A DNA stretch of 64,000 bases, from assembly GCA_963748825.1 (NCBI GenBank), contig CAVVKN010000023.1, forward strand, positions 160,001 to 224,000. The letters are read 5' to 3'. The translations under genes and the position numbers were made by a program. A model generated the notes under the pieces. The model was not told the origin of the DNA and searched no databases. It saw only the letters and a program-made list of their open reading frames with translations. Positions 28,464-39,033 of this stretch are shown here, in pieces; the first letter of the stretch is position 1, and each line of letters opens with the position of its first letter. This DNA is from Methanotrichaceae archaeon. Its GTDB lineage: Archaea; Halobacteriota; Methanosarcinia; Methanotrichales; Methanotrichaceae.

Positions 28464-28667
28464 ATGGCAGGAGTTTTCGCACAGCTAGGGTGGCCCTTGC
28501 ACAGGAGGCAGAGAATAGAGCGGCTGGTCTTTCCCAGAAACAGCTTGGACAGAAAGGCCCTGGAGCTACAAACCGCCAAAGAGATCCTGGAAGAGGTCTT
28601 CGGCACCACCTCAGCCGATGTGGAGGAGATGATCATGCTGCGCCTGGCGGAGCAAAAGGCCCTTTGA
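28464..28667 (+). CDS. Small hypothetical protein
   Basis: 67-aa helical ORF with an AT-rich, promoter-like upstream region. Confidence 0.55.
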   Translation: MAGVFAQLGWPLHRRQRIERLVFPRNSLDRKALELQTAKEILEEVFGTTSADVEEMIMLRLAEQKAL

Positions 28668-28806
28668 GATCTATTTTTGAGGATTCTAATCGTATTGTAC
28701 TCAAATCATATTGTGCCATTTATCAGAATTTATTTTAATTGATGTATTTTTTAGAGGGCATGCCCATCAGGCAAATCTGAAATATCTTTAGCTCCTATGG
28801 ACAATC

Positions 28807-29409
28807 ATGATACTCGGCATATCCGGCAGTCCCAGGAATATGGCCACGGAACATATCCTGGGAGAGGCCCTCAAGATGCTGGAGGAGAAGGGCCTGGAGA
28901 CGGAGCAATTCACCATGCGAGGCAAGCATATCAGCCCCTGCCGGCACTGCGACTATTGCCTCAAAAACAAGGAATGCATAGTCAAAGACGATATGTACCA
29001 GCTTTATCCCCTCATCAGGGAGGCGCAAGGATTTGTTATCGCCACGCCGGTCTATAACGGCAGCATGAGTGCTCAGACCAAAATAGTAATAGACAGAACA
29101 CGTGCCACACTGGCAGCCGACCCAAAAGCTCTGCGGCTCAAGCCTGGCATGGCCATAGCTGTGGGAGGCGACCGCATGGGCGGCCAGGAGCTGGCCGTGC
29201 AGCAGATCCATACCTTTTACATTCTCAACGGCATGATCCCGGTAAGCGGGGGATTTTTTGGCGCCAACCTGGGAGCAACATTCTGGTCTCGCGATACACT
29301 GGAGGGGGTAATGTTGGACGAAGAAGGCTTCCGCACACTTAGAAAGACGACAAAGAGGTTCGCCGAGACCGTGGTACGTCTGGAGAAGATGATGGGACAG
29401 GAAAAATAA
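28807..29409 (+). CDS. Iron-sulfur flavoprotein / NADPH-dependent FMN reductase family
   Basis: GSPR, CRHCDYC...C, TPVY and GGQE motifs. Confidence 0.9.
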   Translation: MILGISGSPRNMATEHILGEALKMLEEKGLETEQFTMRGKHISPCRHCDYCLKNKECIVKDDMYQLYPLIREAQGFVIATPVYNGSMSAQTKIVIDRTRATLAADPKALRLKPGMAIAVGGDRMGGQELAVQQIHTFYILNGMIPVSGGFFGANLGATFWSRDTLEGVMLDEEGFRTLRKTTKRFAETVVRLEKMMGQEK

Positions 29410-29444
29410 TTATCATGAAAAAGACTAAGTGACTGCAGGGACAA

Positions 29445-30026
29445 GTGATTACTATGGCAAAGGATAGTATCAAGAGGAAGATCGCCTGGGGGATCACGGG
29501 CAGCGGCGACCGCATTGAGGAGACGGTCGAGGCCATGATAAAACTGCAAAAGCAATACGACGATGTGGTGGATGTGCGCGTTTTCGTATCCAAGGCAGGC
29601 GAGCAGGTCATCAAGTACTACAAGCTCTTCAACACCTTAGAGAAGCACTTTGATAAGGTCTGGGTGGAGATCAACGCCAACTCTCCCTTCCTGGCCGGCC
29701 AGTTGCAGGTGAAGCGCTATGAGTTTTTGCTGCTGGCACCCGCGACATCAAATACCGTGGCCAAGATCGCATTGGGCCTGGCAGACTCGCTGCTCTCCAA
29801 CGCAGCCATCATGTCCCAGAAGGCATTCGTTCCCACATACATCATGCCCTGCGACTATAAGCCCGGAATCATAACTACCATTCTCCCGGACGGCAGCGAG
29901 ATGCGGCTTCGCATCCGAAAAGAGGACGCACAGCATGTAGAGAGTCTGCGCCAGATGGAAGATGTCTTCGTCATCGAGAAGCCCTCCGAGATTGCAGGCA
30001 TCTTCGAGAAGCATTTCTCAGTCTGA
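29445..30026 (+). CDS. afpA: Archaeal flavoprotein AfpA
   Basis: IAWGITGSG and APATSNTVAKI motifs; adjacent to the Fe-S flavoprotein gene. Confidence 0.85.
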   Translation: MITMAKDSIKRKIAWGITGSGDRIEETVEAMIKLQKQYDDVVDVRVFVSKAGEQVIKYYKLFNTLEKHFDKVWVEINANSPFLAGQLQVKRYEFLLLAPATSNTVAKIALGLADSLLSNAAIMSQKAFVPTYIMPCDYKPGIITTILPDGSEMRLRIRKEDAQHVESLRQMEDVFVIEKPSEIAGIFEKHFSV

Positions 30027-30365
30027 AATGCTTTTGCTATTGATTTTCAGGCAGACAAGATCATTGCCCTCGCCTGCGTAAAATCTCTTCACCATCAGCG
30101 TCAGCTTGCCGCAGTTTAATGTATCATTTATGCCCAAAACCATTGATAAAGACGGCTCTTGCCCAGCCAGGATTAACAGCCAGACCTTTGCCGCCTGCGA
30201 ATCTATATCCTCGACCTGCAATGTGCAATTTTCCAGGGTGTAATTCTCATGCATAGAGAGAACGACCTCCTGGGAAAAGGCTGGATAAACCAGGATCATT
30301 AGAAATAGGATACAAGCAAAGAATATGGATAATCCAATTGCCCCATTCATGTTGATACAAATCAT
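30018..30365 (-). CDS. Small secreted/membrane hypothetical protein
   Basis: N-terminal hydrophobic segment and beta-rich remainder. Confidence 0.55.
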   Translation of the reverse strand: MICINMNGAIGLSIFFACILFLMILVYPAFSQEVVLSMHENYTLENCTLQVEDIDSQAAKVWLLILAGQEPSLSMVLGINDTLNCGKLTLMVKRFYAGEGNDLVCLKINSKSISD

Positions 30366-30525
30366 CTCCCTGGCGGCGCCTTTGCTAGTCCGGATAGCCT
30401 TCTCTTGCCGTGGGCATTAGTCCGACCTTGAGCCCTGGCAAGCAGCGCAGCCTCGAAAGGATTTAGTACTTATGAATCTATCGCCCCTTAACACGGGATT
30501 TGTAAAAAGTAATACTGGTGTTTCC

Positions 30526-30918
30526 ATGAAGGACGTAGGCATACTTGTACTTGGGCATGGTTCCAGCCTGCCTTATAATAAAGAGCTGGTGGAATCGCTC
30601 GCCCAGATGATCAGCAAAAACCACTCCGGACCGGTCAGGACCGCTTATCTCAATATGAACCAGCCCAGCATTCCGGAGGGTTTGAATAGCTTTGCAGGAA
30701 CCAACGTATCGAAGATCGTGGCTCTGCCGCTCTTTTTGGCCCACGGGGTTCATACCCGCCAGGACATTCCCCAGGAGATGGGCATCGATCCGCAAAAGCG
30801 CAGAGGTATTTTGAAGATAGGGGGCAAAGAGGTGGAGGTCATCTGTGCCGAGCCCCTGGGCGTGGACGAATGCATTGCGACACTGGCATACAAGCGGACG
30901 GAAGAGGCTCTAAGGTAG
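30526..30918 (+). CDS. cfbA: Sirohydrochlorin nickelochelatase
   Basis: LGHGS and PLFLAHGVHTRQDIP (short CbiX type); adjacent to cfbE/cfbD. Confidence 0.88.
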   Translation: MKDVGILVLGHGSSLPYNKELVESLAQMISKNHSGPVRTAYLNMNQPSIPEGLNSFAGTNVSKIVALPLFLAHGVHTRQDIPQEMGIDPQKRRGILKIGGKEVEVICAEPLGVDECIATLAYKRTEEALR

Positions 30919-32126
30919 CCGTACTCGACACCATTCACGGCGGCGCCGTCATCGCTCGCAGAATGGTTGAATCAGGCCTTCAGGCAGAAGCTTTCGAAGT
31001 ATATCACCATGCCCCAAATCTGGCAGGCTTCGATCTGGTAGTAGCCCCCGTACACCTCGCACCCGACAATCCGGCCCTAGCTCAGGCTAAGAAGGCCAAG
31101 AAGAAGATAATCACCCACCATCAGGCAGTGGGCGAACTGCTGAGGGGAAGAGTTGATCCTGATCTAGAGATCTTCGAGGTAACGGGCACGCACAGCAAGA
31201 CCTCCACGGCCCTCTTGCTGGCCCTGATGCTCTCCCGGCAAAAGAAAGTATTATCCCACACCACCCGCGGCCTGGAGATCTGGCAGGAGGGTAAAGCCCG
31301 CCTTCTGGAAAAGGGGCTTTCCATCACGCCCGGAAATGTGATCCATGCTGCAGAAGTCGCCAAGGCCCAAGGAGTGCAGGCCCTGATCTGTGAGATCTCT
31401 TTGGGCGGCACGGGCCTGGCTAATTATGGGATCTTGACCAGCCTTTCCGGAGACTATCTCATCGCCAATGCCACAAAGTGGGCCAGCACTGCCAAGCTGC
31501 AGATGCTTACCCTTGCCAAGAGTGGAGCGAAGCTTCTTGCCAACAGCGATGCCGGTCTCTCCCCGGATGTTTCTTTTGCCAGAGGCGGAAGGGTTCATGT
31601 CAGGCCGGATAAATTGATCTTTGCAAAAGAAGTGGTGCATCTGGATCTGGGCGAAGATCTGGACTTTTTGGGCTACGAGACGGCAATAGCGGGAGCCGCG
31701 GCTGCCGCAGACCAAGCCGGCATCCCGAGGAGCGAGATCGCCCAGGCTCTTTCTGGCTTTGATGGCTTTTCCGGGCGCATGAAGATCAAGCGGCTGCCCA
31801 ATCAGACGCTCTTTGACAGCTCCAACTCCGGACTCAAAGTCAGAGACGTGGCACGAGCACTTGACCGGGCCTCTGGCAGTGACCTGTTCGTCGTGGTGGG
31901 AGAAGACAGTGAAACCGTATGTGAAGGCATGAACATTCCAGCACTCTCCGACCTAATCCGGCAAAGGAAAAGCGAGATGGCAAAGCTGATATTAGTAGGA
32001 GAAAGACTCGCCCCCCTGGCAGAGGAGCTGGGGGCGGCAACCGCCAAAAATCTGCAGCAAGGGCTGGAAAAGGCTCAAAAAGGCAGCCCGAAAAGGCTGC
32101 TTTCGTGTGTAAAATGCTTTAGGTGA
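30870..32126 (+). CDS. cfbE: Coenzyme F430 synthetase (Mur-ligase-like)
   Basis: LDTIHGG, APVH, EVTGTHSKTST and EISLGGTG motifs; exact start uncertain. Confidence 0.88.
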   Translation: MHCDTGIQADGRGSKVAVLDTIHGGAVIARRMVESGLQAEAFEVYHHAPNLAGFDLVVAPVHLAPDNPALAQAKKAKKKIITHHQAVGELLRGRVDPDLEIFEVTGTHSKTSTALLLALMLSRQKKVLSHTTRGLEIWQEGKARLLEKGLSITPGNVIHAAEVAKAQGVQALICEISLGGTGLANYGILTSLSGDYLIANATKWASTAKLQMLTLAKSGAKLLANSDAGLSPDVSFARGGRVHVRPDKLIFAKEVVHLDLGEDLDFLGYETAIAGAAAAADQAGIPRSEIAQALSGFDGFSGRMKIKRLPNQTLFDSSNSGLKVRDVARALDRASGSDLFVVVGEDSETVCEGMNIPALSDLIRQRKSEMAKLILVGERLAPLAEELGAATAKNLQQGLEKAQKGSPKRLLSCVKCFR

Positions 32127-32131
32127 TATGA

Positions 32132-33238
32132 ATGGCAAACGAAGTGCAAAACTTAACGATACTCCATCCCAGACCAAGCTCCATTGTGGCAGCCCTATAC
32201 ACTCTGCGCGACCTTGGTGCCGAAGTAGTCATACTGCATGGTCCAAGCGGATGCTGCTTCAAGCATGCCCGTCTCTTAGAAGAGGACGGAGTGCGGGTAC
32301 TTACTACCGCATTGGACGAAGCGGGATTCGTCTTCGGAGGCCAGCAGCCGCTCACCGCCCTTCTGAGGAAGGCCAATGAATTGTTTCATCCGAAGCTTAT
32401 GGCGATCTCAGGGACCTGTAGCAGCATGATCATAGGCGACGATCTGCATCAGGCCGTCCTTAATGCCGACCTGGACATACCCGTCTTGGAGGTAGAGGTT
32501 CACGCCGGCTACAGAGACAACACTAAAGGCGTGATCATCACATTGGAGGCTGCAAAAGACAAGGGAATCATAGACGAGGCCGAGCTGGAAAGGCAGAAGG
32601 GCCTGCTCGAGAAAGCCACCCTTGTAGAGAAGCTCTACGGAGCAGCGAGCAGTGAGTACCTGGCTCCGGAGCGAGGAGATCTCAAATATGAGGCGGCCAC
32701 CAGGCTTCTAGAGCTCATCCGGCAAGGTAAGCGCGGCCTGAATATCCTCAATGCCAAGAAGGAGACGGCCTACATGTTTGCGGATATTACCGCAGCCGTG
32801 GCCGAGGTTGCTGGAGATCAGGTGGATACCCTGGCCAATCTGGATGACCAGGTGGGCCTGCCCAAGGTGAGAAGGGACGCAGCCAATATTGCCCGCGATC
32901 TAATGGAACGGAAAGTAGAGTTCAAGCTCATCGGCGGACTGGACGAGTACCCGGTAACTGGAGATGCGGTGAAAAAGCTGGCCGCCGAAAAGCATTACGA
33001 CTTTGCCGTGATCTCAGGAGTGCCCCATGCCCTGCCGGTATCTGCTCTAGAAGGCATGGAGATATTCTCGATTACCAATGGCCCCCGCCAGGTCAAGCCT
33101 CTGCGCAATTTAGGCCACCAGCATGTCACGGTAGAGCTGGATCTGCATCCCAAGACCATGGGCGTCAAGTCTCTGGTAGAATCGGAGTTCGGAGCCACAT
33201 TGCGGGCGCTGAATAAGGCCAAAGCTAAAGAGAGCTAA
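32132..33238 (+). CDS. cfbD: Ni-sirohydrochlorin a,c-diamide reductive cyclase catalytic subunit
   Basis: [25 protein letters not shown] and GTCSSMIIG motifs (NflD type). Confidence 0.93.
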   Translation: MANEVQNLTILHPRPSSIVAALYTLRDLGAEVVILHGPSGCCFKHARLLEEDGVRVLTTALDEAGFVFGGQQPLTALLRKANELFHPKLMAISGTCSSMIIGDDLHQAVLNADLDIPVLEVEVHAGYRDNTKGVIITLEAAKDKGIIDEAELERQKGLLEKATLVEKLYGAASSEYLAPERGDLKYEAATRLLELIRQGKRGLNILNAKKETAYMFADITAAVAEVAGDQVDTLANLDDQVGLPKVRRDAANIARDLMERKVEFKLIGGLDEYPVTGDAVKKLAAEKHYDFAVISGVPHALPVSALEGMEIFSITNGPRQVKPLRNLGHQHVTVELDLHPKTMGVKSLVESEFGATLRALNKAKAKES

Positions 33239-33290
33239 AGAAGATATGCCCGTCGTGTGCTCTAAGAGCTAAAAATTTTTAAAGTTTTTT

Positions 33291-33581
33291 TTAGAAGGCT
33301 TTGGGCAGCTCTGTGAGCAGCGCATATATGACGAAGCCCAAGGTACCAATGATGCCTATGCCGGCCATGGAAATCTTGGCGATCATATTGAACTCCTCAC
33401 GACTGGGCTTTCTGGCCAGCCTTAAAACCCGCATGTACTCGTTTACATTCGTGGAAGGCATGGTGACGCCCAGATCCACGTTATCTAGATTCAGCTTGCT
33501 CTTAAGATCCAGCTTATTCTTGAGTTCGAGCTTCTGCTTAGCAAAGCCCTTCTTCTCAGTATCGTTAGTTCCCTCGCTCAT
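33291..33581 (-). CDS. secE: Protein translocase subunit SecE/Sec61-gamma with N-terminal extension
   Basis: EYMRVLRLARKPSREEF followed by a TM helix. Confidence 0.88.
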   Translation of the reverse strand: MSEGTNDTEKKGFAKQKLELKNKLDLKSKLNLDNVDLGVTMPSTNVNEYMRVLRLARKPSREEFNMIAKISMAGIGIIGTLGFVIYALLTELPKAF

Positions 33582-33745
33582 TCTCCAAGAGGAAGGAATT
33601 AGAGAATAAAAAACCTTTCGATCGTTTTCCTTGCCGATCAAGATAGAGCTGACTCGGACCGGCTACCATGCCCATGACCCTCGCTTGCACAAGTGTAATT
33701 GATATTTAGATGAGATTAACAACTACCGAATCCTGACGCTTGCGG

Positions 33746-34555
33746 TCATTGGCGGCATGCGGCCTCGCCTGCGCGTGGCTTTTCTGCCTCCACTTCCAGG
33801 CGCATCATCTGCACATGAGTCTGGCCTTTCTCATCCAGAGGATACCTCTCCAGATACCTTCCAGCTATCTCCTTTACGAACTTGTCCCGCAGATGGGCAG
33901 GCAGCCTTTCCGTGTAGGGCAACCAGGTATTCCTGATGATGCCCTCCAGGCCCGCCTGACCCTGATGGACCATGTCCTTAGAAACCAGCTCCGCCCTTAG
34001 GGGCCGCAGGCCCGCCTCTGCCAACCAGACCCTGTACTCTTCCGGACCATAGAAGTGGTAAGGAAAGGAAAAGCCGGAGAAGTACTCCTTCCACGACGGG
34101 CTGGCGACAAGATCGCCGGTAAGATCCAGGATCCGGGCAGCGTTTCCCCTACCACCACACTGCATGAGAAAGTGGCCGCCAGGCACAAGGCTTTGCCGGA
34201 CGGTTTTCAGGACAGACAAATGATCCTTTACCCAGTGCAGGCAGGCAAAGGACACGACCAGATCGAATTTCCCGGCAAATTTCAGGTCGGAGGCATCGCC
34301 TACCAGAAAGGAGAGATTGGGATGATCTCCATACTTGCCGGCTGCAAAGCGGATCATTTCCGGGGAGAGATCTATTCCCAGGACACTACCATTGGGCACC
34401 AGGCCGGCCAGGTGGGCAGTGATCCTGCCATCTCCGCACCCAATATCCAGGATTCGTTCATCGCCGTCAAGCTTCAGCCCGGCAATTAGAGCCATGGCCC
34501 AATTGTACTGGGCGGAGGAACTTTTCTGGTAATCGGCTGGGTCCCATTTGTGCAT
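33746..34555 (-). CDS. Class I SAM-dependent methyltransferase (Tam-like)
   Basis: WDPADY, LDIGCGDG and LHWV motifs. Confidence 0.88.
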   Translation of the reverse strand: MHKWDPADYQKSSSAQYNWAMALIAGLKLDGDERILDIGCGDGRITAHLAGLVPNGSVLGIDLSPEMIRFAAGKYGDHPNLSFLVGDASDLKFAGKFDLVVSFACLHWVKDHLSVLKTVRQSLVPGGHFLMQCGGRGNAARILDLTGDLVASPSWKEYFSGFSFPYHFYGPEEYRVWLAEAGLRPLRAELVSKDMVHQGQAGLEGIIRNTWLPYTERLPAHLRDKFVKEIAGRYLERYPLDEKGQTHVQMMRLEVEAEKPRAGEAACRQ

Positions 34556-34557
34556 TT

Positions 34558-34962
34558 TCAGGAACTCTCGTCATCGCCCTTAATCTGCACATGCGTCTCT
34601 TTCTTGCGGGTCAGGCCTTCCAGAAGCTTGGGCACGGCGTCTGCCATGTGCTCTATCAAAGTGTGTTGGGCCTCCTTGAGCCGCTCCACTCTCACGCCCT
34701 GTTGATCAATTATTATCACAGCAACGGGCTTCATGCCGAGTGCGCCGCCGCCACCTCCACCCGGATTATCCGCCTTTCCAGAGCTTGAACCTGCACCAAA
34801 GCCCATGCCCACGCTCATTAGGGGGATGATGGTCTTGCCCTCCACAGTAACAGGATCGCCCACGGCAGTCCTAGCGGATAAAGCCTTTTGCATCTCCTCG
34901 GTTATGGTTTTCAGTATGTCGGTCAACTCTTGCATCTTCTCACTCCCGGTCAATGATTTCAC
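34558..34962 (-). CDS. YtfJ/GerW family protein
   Basis: VGDPVTVEGKTIIP, GFGAG and GGGGG motifs; start may be ATG 34935. Confidence 0.85.
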   Translation of the reverse strand: MKSLTGSEKMQELTDILKTITEEMQKALSARTAVGDPVTVEGKTIIPLMSVGMGFGAGSSSGKADNPGGGGGGALGMKPVAVIIIDQQGVRVERLKEAQHTLIEHMADAVPKLLEGLTRKKETHVQIKGDDESS

Positions 34963-34969
34963 ACTCCTA

Positions 34970-35959
34970 TTAATAATGGTCAGGGATGGGTGAAAAAGCT
35001 TTCTTCTTCTCCTTGAACTTTATCAGCGCGGTGAGAAGGTCATTGTAGGGTGTAGAGATACCATAATCCCTGGCATACAGGGAGATGGCCCCGTTCAAAG
35101 CATCGATCTCCGTTTGCCGTCCCAAAAGAATATCCTGAAGCATGCTGGCGCGGTGATCCTCCGTTGGAGGAAGCTGCCCCTCCATTAGATAAAGATAGTA
35201 TTCATCTGCATCCTGATAAGGAACCTTTACCCCTTTGGCCCTCATCACATGAAAGATCTCCTCGATTATGACCTTTATAATGCCTCTCGTCTCCGCATTT
35301 TCCCCCAGCTTTCCGTAAGGCACCTCAAGCAATGCGCCCAGCGGGTTTAAGGAGCAATTGTAGAGCATCTTCTCCCAAATGGCCGCCCAGATATTATCCT
35401 TGCTCACAATTCTGGTGAGAATACCAGAGAGGCTCAGATCCACCTGTAACGTCTCTAAAAGCCGCCGGTTCACAGGCAGAAAGGGCTCGCCGAGCAGAAC
35501 ATCATCGGCTTTGACGGTGACCCTGGCGTGGCCTGGATCAGGAATCTCGGCTCCAAAGATGACGCGCGCTCCCACAGTGCGATCTTCTCCAACCTGACGA
35601 GCGATGGCCTCCCAGTTGTTCAGGCCATTTTGGATAGAGACCATGATGCCGCCCTCTTTGAGCAGCGGTGCAGCCTCCGCCGCAGCAGCCTCTGTGTCTT
35701 TTGATTTTACGCAGAGCAAGATTATGGAAAATTGCTTATTTAAAGCAGGAGTGGAAAGGATCTGCACATCTTCTGCCGGGACAAAGTGCTCTCCCCAGAT
35801 GCCCGTGATCGTCAATCCCTTCTCCGAAAAGACACGAAAATGCTCGCCTCTGCCGGCATAGGTCACACAGCGACCGATTTTATGCAGAAATGCGCCAAGT
35901 ACGCTGCCTATGGCTCCTGCACCGTAGATGAGATAGTCCGGGCTTATGCCTGGTTTCAT
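34970..35959 (-). CDS. panE: 2-dehydropantoate 2-reductase family
   Basis: GAGAIG, QNGL, WEK..N, SMLQD and TEIDALNG motifs. Confidence 0.85.
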   Translation of the reverse strand: MKPGISPDYLIYGAGAIGSVLGAFLHKIGRCVTYAGRGEHFRVFSEKGLTITGIWGEHFVPAEDVQILSTPALNKQFSIILLCVKSKDTEAAAAEAAPLLKEGGIMVSIQNGLNNWEAIARQVGEDRTVGARVIFGAEIPDPGHARVTVKADDVLLGEPFLPVNRRLLETLQVDLSLSGILTRIVSKDNIWAAIWEKMLYNCSLNPLGALLEVPYGKLGENAETRGIIKVIIEEIFHVMRAKGVKVPYQDADEYYLYLMEGQLPPTEDHRASMLQDILLGRQTEIDALNGAISLYARDYGISTPYNDLLTALIKFKEKKKAFSPIPDHY

Positions 35960-36073
35960 AATCGCGAGAAGGATTTAGTCCCTTAAGAGGGTTTCGAAAA
36001 GCGTAAATTTAAATATTTTTCGGGGGGATATTTCGGGGAGCTGGAAAGAAACCGGAAAGGCCGTTCTAACTTT

Positions 36074-36367
36074 ATGAGCGCGATATTTGGTGAGAAGCTG
36101 ACCTTCCCTCAAGAAAAGGGACATGAAGTCAAATTGGTAGTCTACGGTGACGAGTTCTATGCTCAATACGAGACGGAAGATGGCTACTCCGTGGTTTACG
36201 ACAAAGAGCAGGGCTTATTCTGTTACGCCTTTTTGAAGGATGGAGCCATTTTCTCCAGCAAAATTCCCATCAGCAAAAGTCCGCCCCAGGATCTGGAAAA
36301 GCATCTGCAAGAGACGGGCGACATTCGCCTGAACGAAGCAGATCAGAGCGCCAGGAGAAAAGGATAG
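36074..36367 (+). CDS. Stand-alone N-terminal domain resembling that of M6 (immune inhibitor A) metalloproteases
   Basis: Q..G..V.L..YGDEF...YET.DGY.V......CYA pattern without a catalytic domain. Confidence 0.55.
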   Translation: MSAIFGEKLTFPQEKGHEVKLVVYGDEFYAQYETEDGYSVVYDKEQGLFCYAFLKDGAIFSSKIPISKSPPQDLEKHLQETGDIRLNEADQSARRKG

Positions 36368-36423
36368 CAGCTTTAGCAAGGCATTATCTAAATAGGATAA
36401 AATAGCCAATAGAGACGATTGCC

Positions 36424-37137
36424 ATGAAAATTCACTACCTTCAACATGTGCCCTTCGAAGATCTGGCCAATATCGAGACCTGGGCCAAGTCCCACGGCCA
36501 TGATCTCACCCGCACGCGGCTATTTTCGGATGAGGCGCTGCCGGAAATAGCCCATTTCGACTGGCTGATAATCATGGGTGGGCCCATGAATATCTACGAA
36601 AATGACAAATACCCCTGGCTAGCGAGGGAGAAGAAGTTCATCCGTCAAGCCATAGCATGCGACAAGATCGTTCTCGGCATCTGCCTGGGCGCTCAGCTTA
36701 TGGCCGATGTGCTGGGCGGCATTGTACGGAGAAACGAGTACAGGGAGATTGGCTGGTTTCCGGTTAACCTTACAAAAGAGGGAATTGCCTCCCCGATCTT
36801 CGCAGTCCTGCCTGAGAGATTTGTGGCCCTGCACTGGCATGGCGACACCTTCGAGATTCCTCCCGGCGCGGCGCGAACGGCAGAGAGCCGGGCCTGCATA
36901 AATCAGGCTTTTGTACAGGGAAAGGCAATAGGGCTACAGTTTCATCTGGAATCTTCCCATGACAGCATCGATCACCTGCTCCAGAACTGCGCCGACGAGC
37001 TGACAGAGGGGCCGTATGTGCAAAGGCCGGAAGAGTTGTCGGCTCATCCGGAGCAGTTTTCTCAGATTCAAGGCCTGATGGAGCTTTTCTTGGACAAAGT
37101 GGAGGAAGATCTGGGACCCACGCGGGATGCATCCTGA
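36424..37137 (+). CDS. Type 1 glutamine amidotransferase
   Basis: MGGPM, GICLGAQL, WHGD and QFHLE motifs. Confidence 0.9.
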   Translation: MKIHYLQHVPFEDLANIETWAKSHGHDLTRTRLFSDEALPEIAHFDWLIIMGGPMNIYENDKYPWLAREKKFIRQAIACDKIVLGICLGAQLMADVLGGIVRRNEYREIGWFPVNLTKEGIASPIFAVLPERFVALHWHGDTFEIPPGAARTAESRACINQAFVQGKAIGLQFHLESSHDSIDHLLQNCADELTEGPYVQRPEELSAHPEQFSQIQGLMELFLDKVEEDLGPTRDAS

Positions 37138-37169
37138 TTTTAGAAATGCAATTTGGCGAATATAACGGG

Positions 37170-39011
37170 TCAGCTTTGTCCCACCCTCAATTTTTCAATA
37201 TCCTTTTGCATATCAGAACTCATTTTGGCGTTATCGAGTTTTGAACTCGCAATCATGGGGAGGATCAGGTTATCGTACTTTATCCCCACGAGATTAGCTC
37301 CACTCAGATCAACATTCACGAGTGCCGTCCTACTTAACTCAACATTCCTCAGATCTGCATAGGAAAGGTTTACATTTTCCAAGAGAGACGCATCAATTTT
37401 GGCATTTCTGAGGTCTGCGCCCTGAAGATCAACGTCGTTAAGTATCATCCAATTCAAGCTTGCTGATCTCAACACAGCACTACGCATAACGGTTCCCCTC
37501 AAGTTCATGGATTCCAGCTTACAGCCAGCCAGGTCAGTTCCGGATAAGTTAGCCTCATCCAGATCAGCCTTAATGATTTGGACACCACCAAGATCAGCCC
37601 CGGACATATCTGTACCGGAAAGATCTGCATTGTCCAATTTTGTGTTTCTAAGATTAGATCCATGCAGATTGGCCCTTGGCAAATATGCCCTAGTTAAGTC
37701 AGAATTGCTGAGATCAGAGTGGCTCAGGTTGGCTCCAAACAGCTCTGCTCTGGAGAATTGGCAACGCATAAGAGCGCTTCCACTAAGATCCGCCCAATTT
37801 AATCTGGCACCTACCATATTTGCTCCGCTCAGATCCGCACCTTTCAGGACGGCAAGGCTCAGATCCGCACCAAAGATCCTGGCTCCAATCAGATTGGCAC
37901 CAGTCATATTGGTTCCACTGAGCAAGGCACTGGTGAGATCTGCCTGTTCAAGATCGCAGTTAGATAGATCAGAATAGTCCAACTGCGCTCTGGCTAAAAT
38001 TGCGCCCATTAGCTTGGCTTCAACAAGTCTAACTCTACGCATTAAGGCATTTTCGAGGTTCGCTCCGGTTAGATTAGCTTGGAAAAGATCGGAGTCATCC
38101 AGACACGAAGCCATGAGATATGATCCGGATAGGTTCGCCATGCTCAGGTTTACACTGGTTAGATTGGCAAAACCCAATTTTGATTTGACCAGCCGGGAGC
38201 CAGAGAAATTTGCTCTCGAACAGCGCGACTCCGAGATATCCGCCCCGGAGAGGTCTGCATTGGATATTGTGGCATTAATCAGGTTCACCCCGACCAGACT
38301 TGCTCCGGTCAGATTAGCACCATTCAACAGAGAATTCTGGAATGTGGAACGATCCATGAGTGCTCTTGTGAAGCAGGCTTCTTTCAGGTTAGTATCGCTC
38401 ATTTTCGCTGCCCATAAGCTGGCTTCATTCAATTTAGTACCGACCAGAGTTGAATTATCCAAAAAAGACTGATCCATATTGGTATTGGATAGGTCTGCGC
38501 CATTCAGATTTGAGCCCATTAAGTAGCTGATCGGCAAGTAGGCCCCGGTTAGATTCGCTTTGCTCAGATTTGAGCCCAACAAATTGCAGGCCGGCATGAA
38601 GGCGCCCCGGAGATCTGCCAGGTAGAGATCGGAACCATGAAGGTCTGCTTCTACCATAATTACTCCGCGAAGATTTGCTCCTGCAAGCTTGGCATCGGAG
38701 AGACTGGATTGGCTCAAATAAGATAGACTAAGGTTTGTCCCGCGAAGATCTGATCCTTGCAGCTCAGAATAATTCAGTTGGGCCCCAGACAAGTTCATGC
38801 CGCTCAGGTTCATGTCGATGAGCAGGGCATGATCTTTGAAAGGAGTTTCATCGACTGCGTATGAAATAATAGATAGAAGAACGAAAAGCAAATACACCCA
38901 TGAAACCAATCTTATCACAGAAACATTCATAATAATACAATCTGCACTAATACTATTAATTTTAATCGGGAGTGAACTCCACCCGAGTAGATGATGAGAT
39001 AAGCCACACAA
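37170..39011 (-). CDS. Long pentapeptide-repeat protein with signal/TM segment
   Basis: About 500 aa of A[DN]Lxx repeats after a hydrophobic N-terminus; real start probably at MNVSVIRL. Confidence 0.88.
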   Translation of the reverse strand: MCGLSHHLLGWSSLPIKINSISADCIIMNVSVIRLVSWVYLLFVLLSIISYAVDETPFKDHALLIDMNLSGMNLSGAQLNYSELQGSDLRGTNLSLSYLSQSSLSDAKLAGANLRGVIMVEADLHGSDLYLADLRGAFMPACNLLGSNLSKANLTGAYLPISYLMGSNLNGADLSNTNMDQSFLDNSTLVGTKLNEASLWAAKMSDTNLKEACFTRALMDRSTFQNSLLNGANLTGASLVGVNLINATISNADLSGADISESRCSRANFSGSRLVKSKLGFANLTSVNLSMANLSGSYLMASCLDDSDLFQANLTGANLENALMRRVRLVEAKLMGAILARAQLDYSDLSNCDLEQADLTSALLSGTNMTGANLIGARIFGADLSLAVLKGADLSGANMVGARLNWADLSGSALMRCQFSRAELFGANLSHSDLSNSDLTRAYLPRANLHGSNLRNTKLDNADLSGTDMSGADLGGVQIIKADLDEANLSGTDLAGCKLESMNLRGTVMRSAVLRSASLNWMILNDVDLQGADLRNAKIDASLLENVNLSYADLRNVELSRTALVNVDLSGANLVGIKYDNLILPMIASSKLDNAKMSSDMQKDIEKLRVGQS

Positions 39012-39033
39012 TCAAGGGAAAAAAAGAAAGCGC

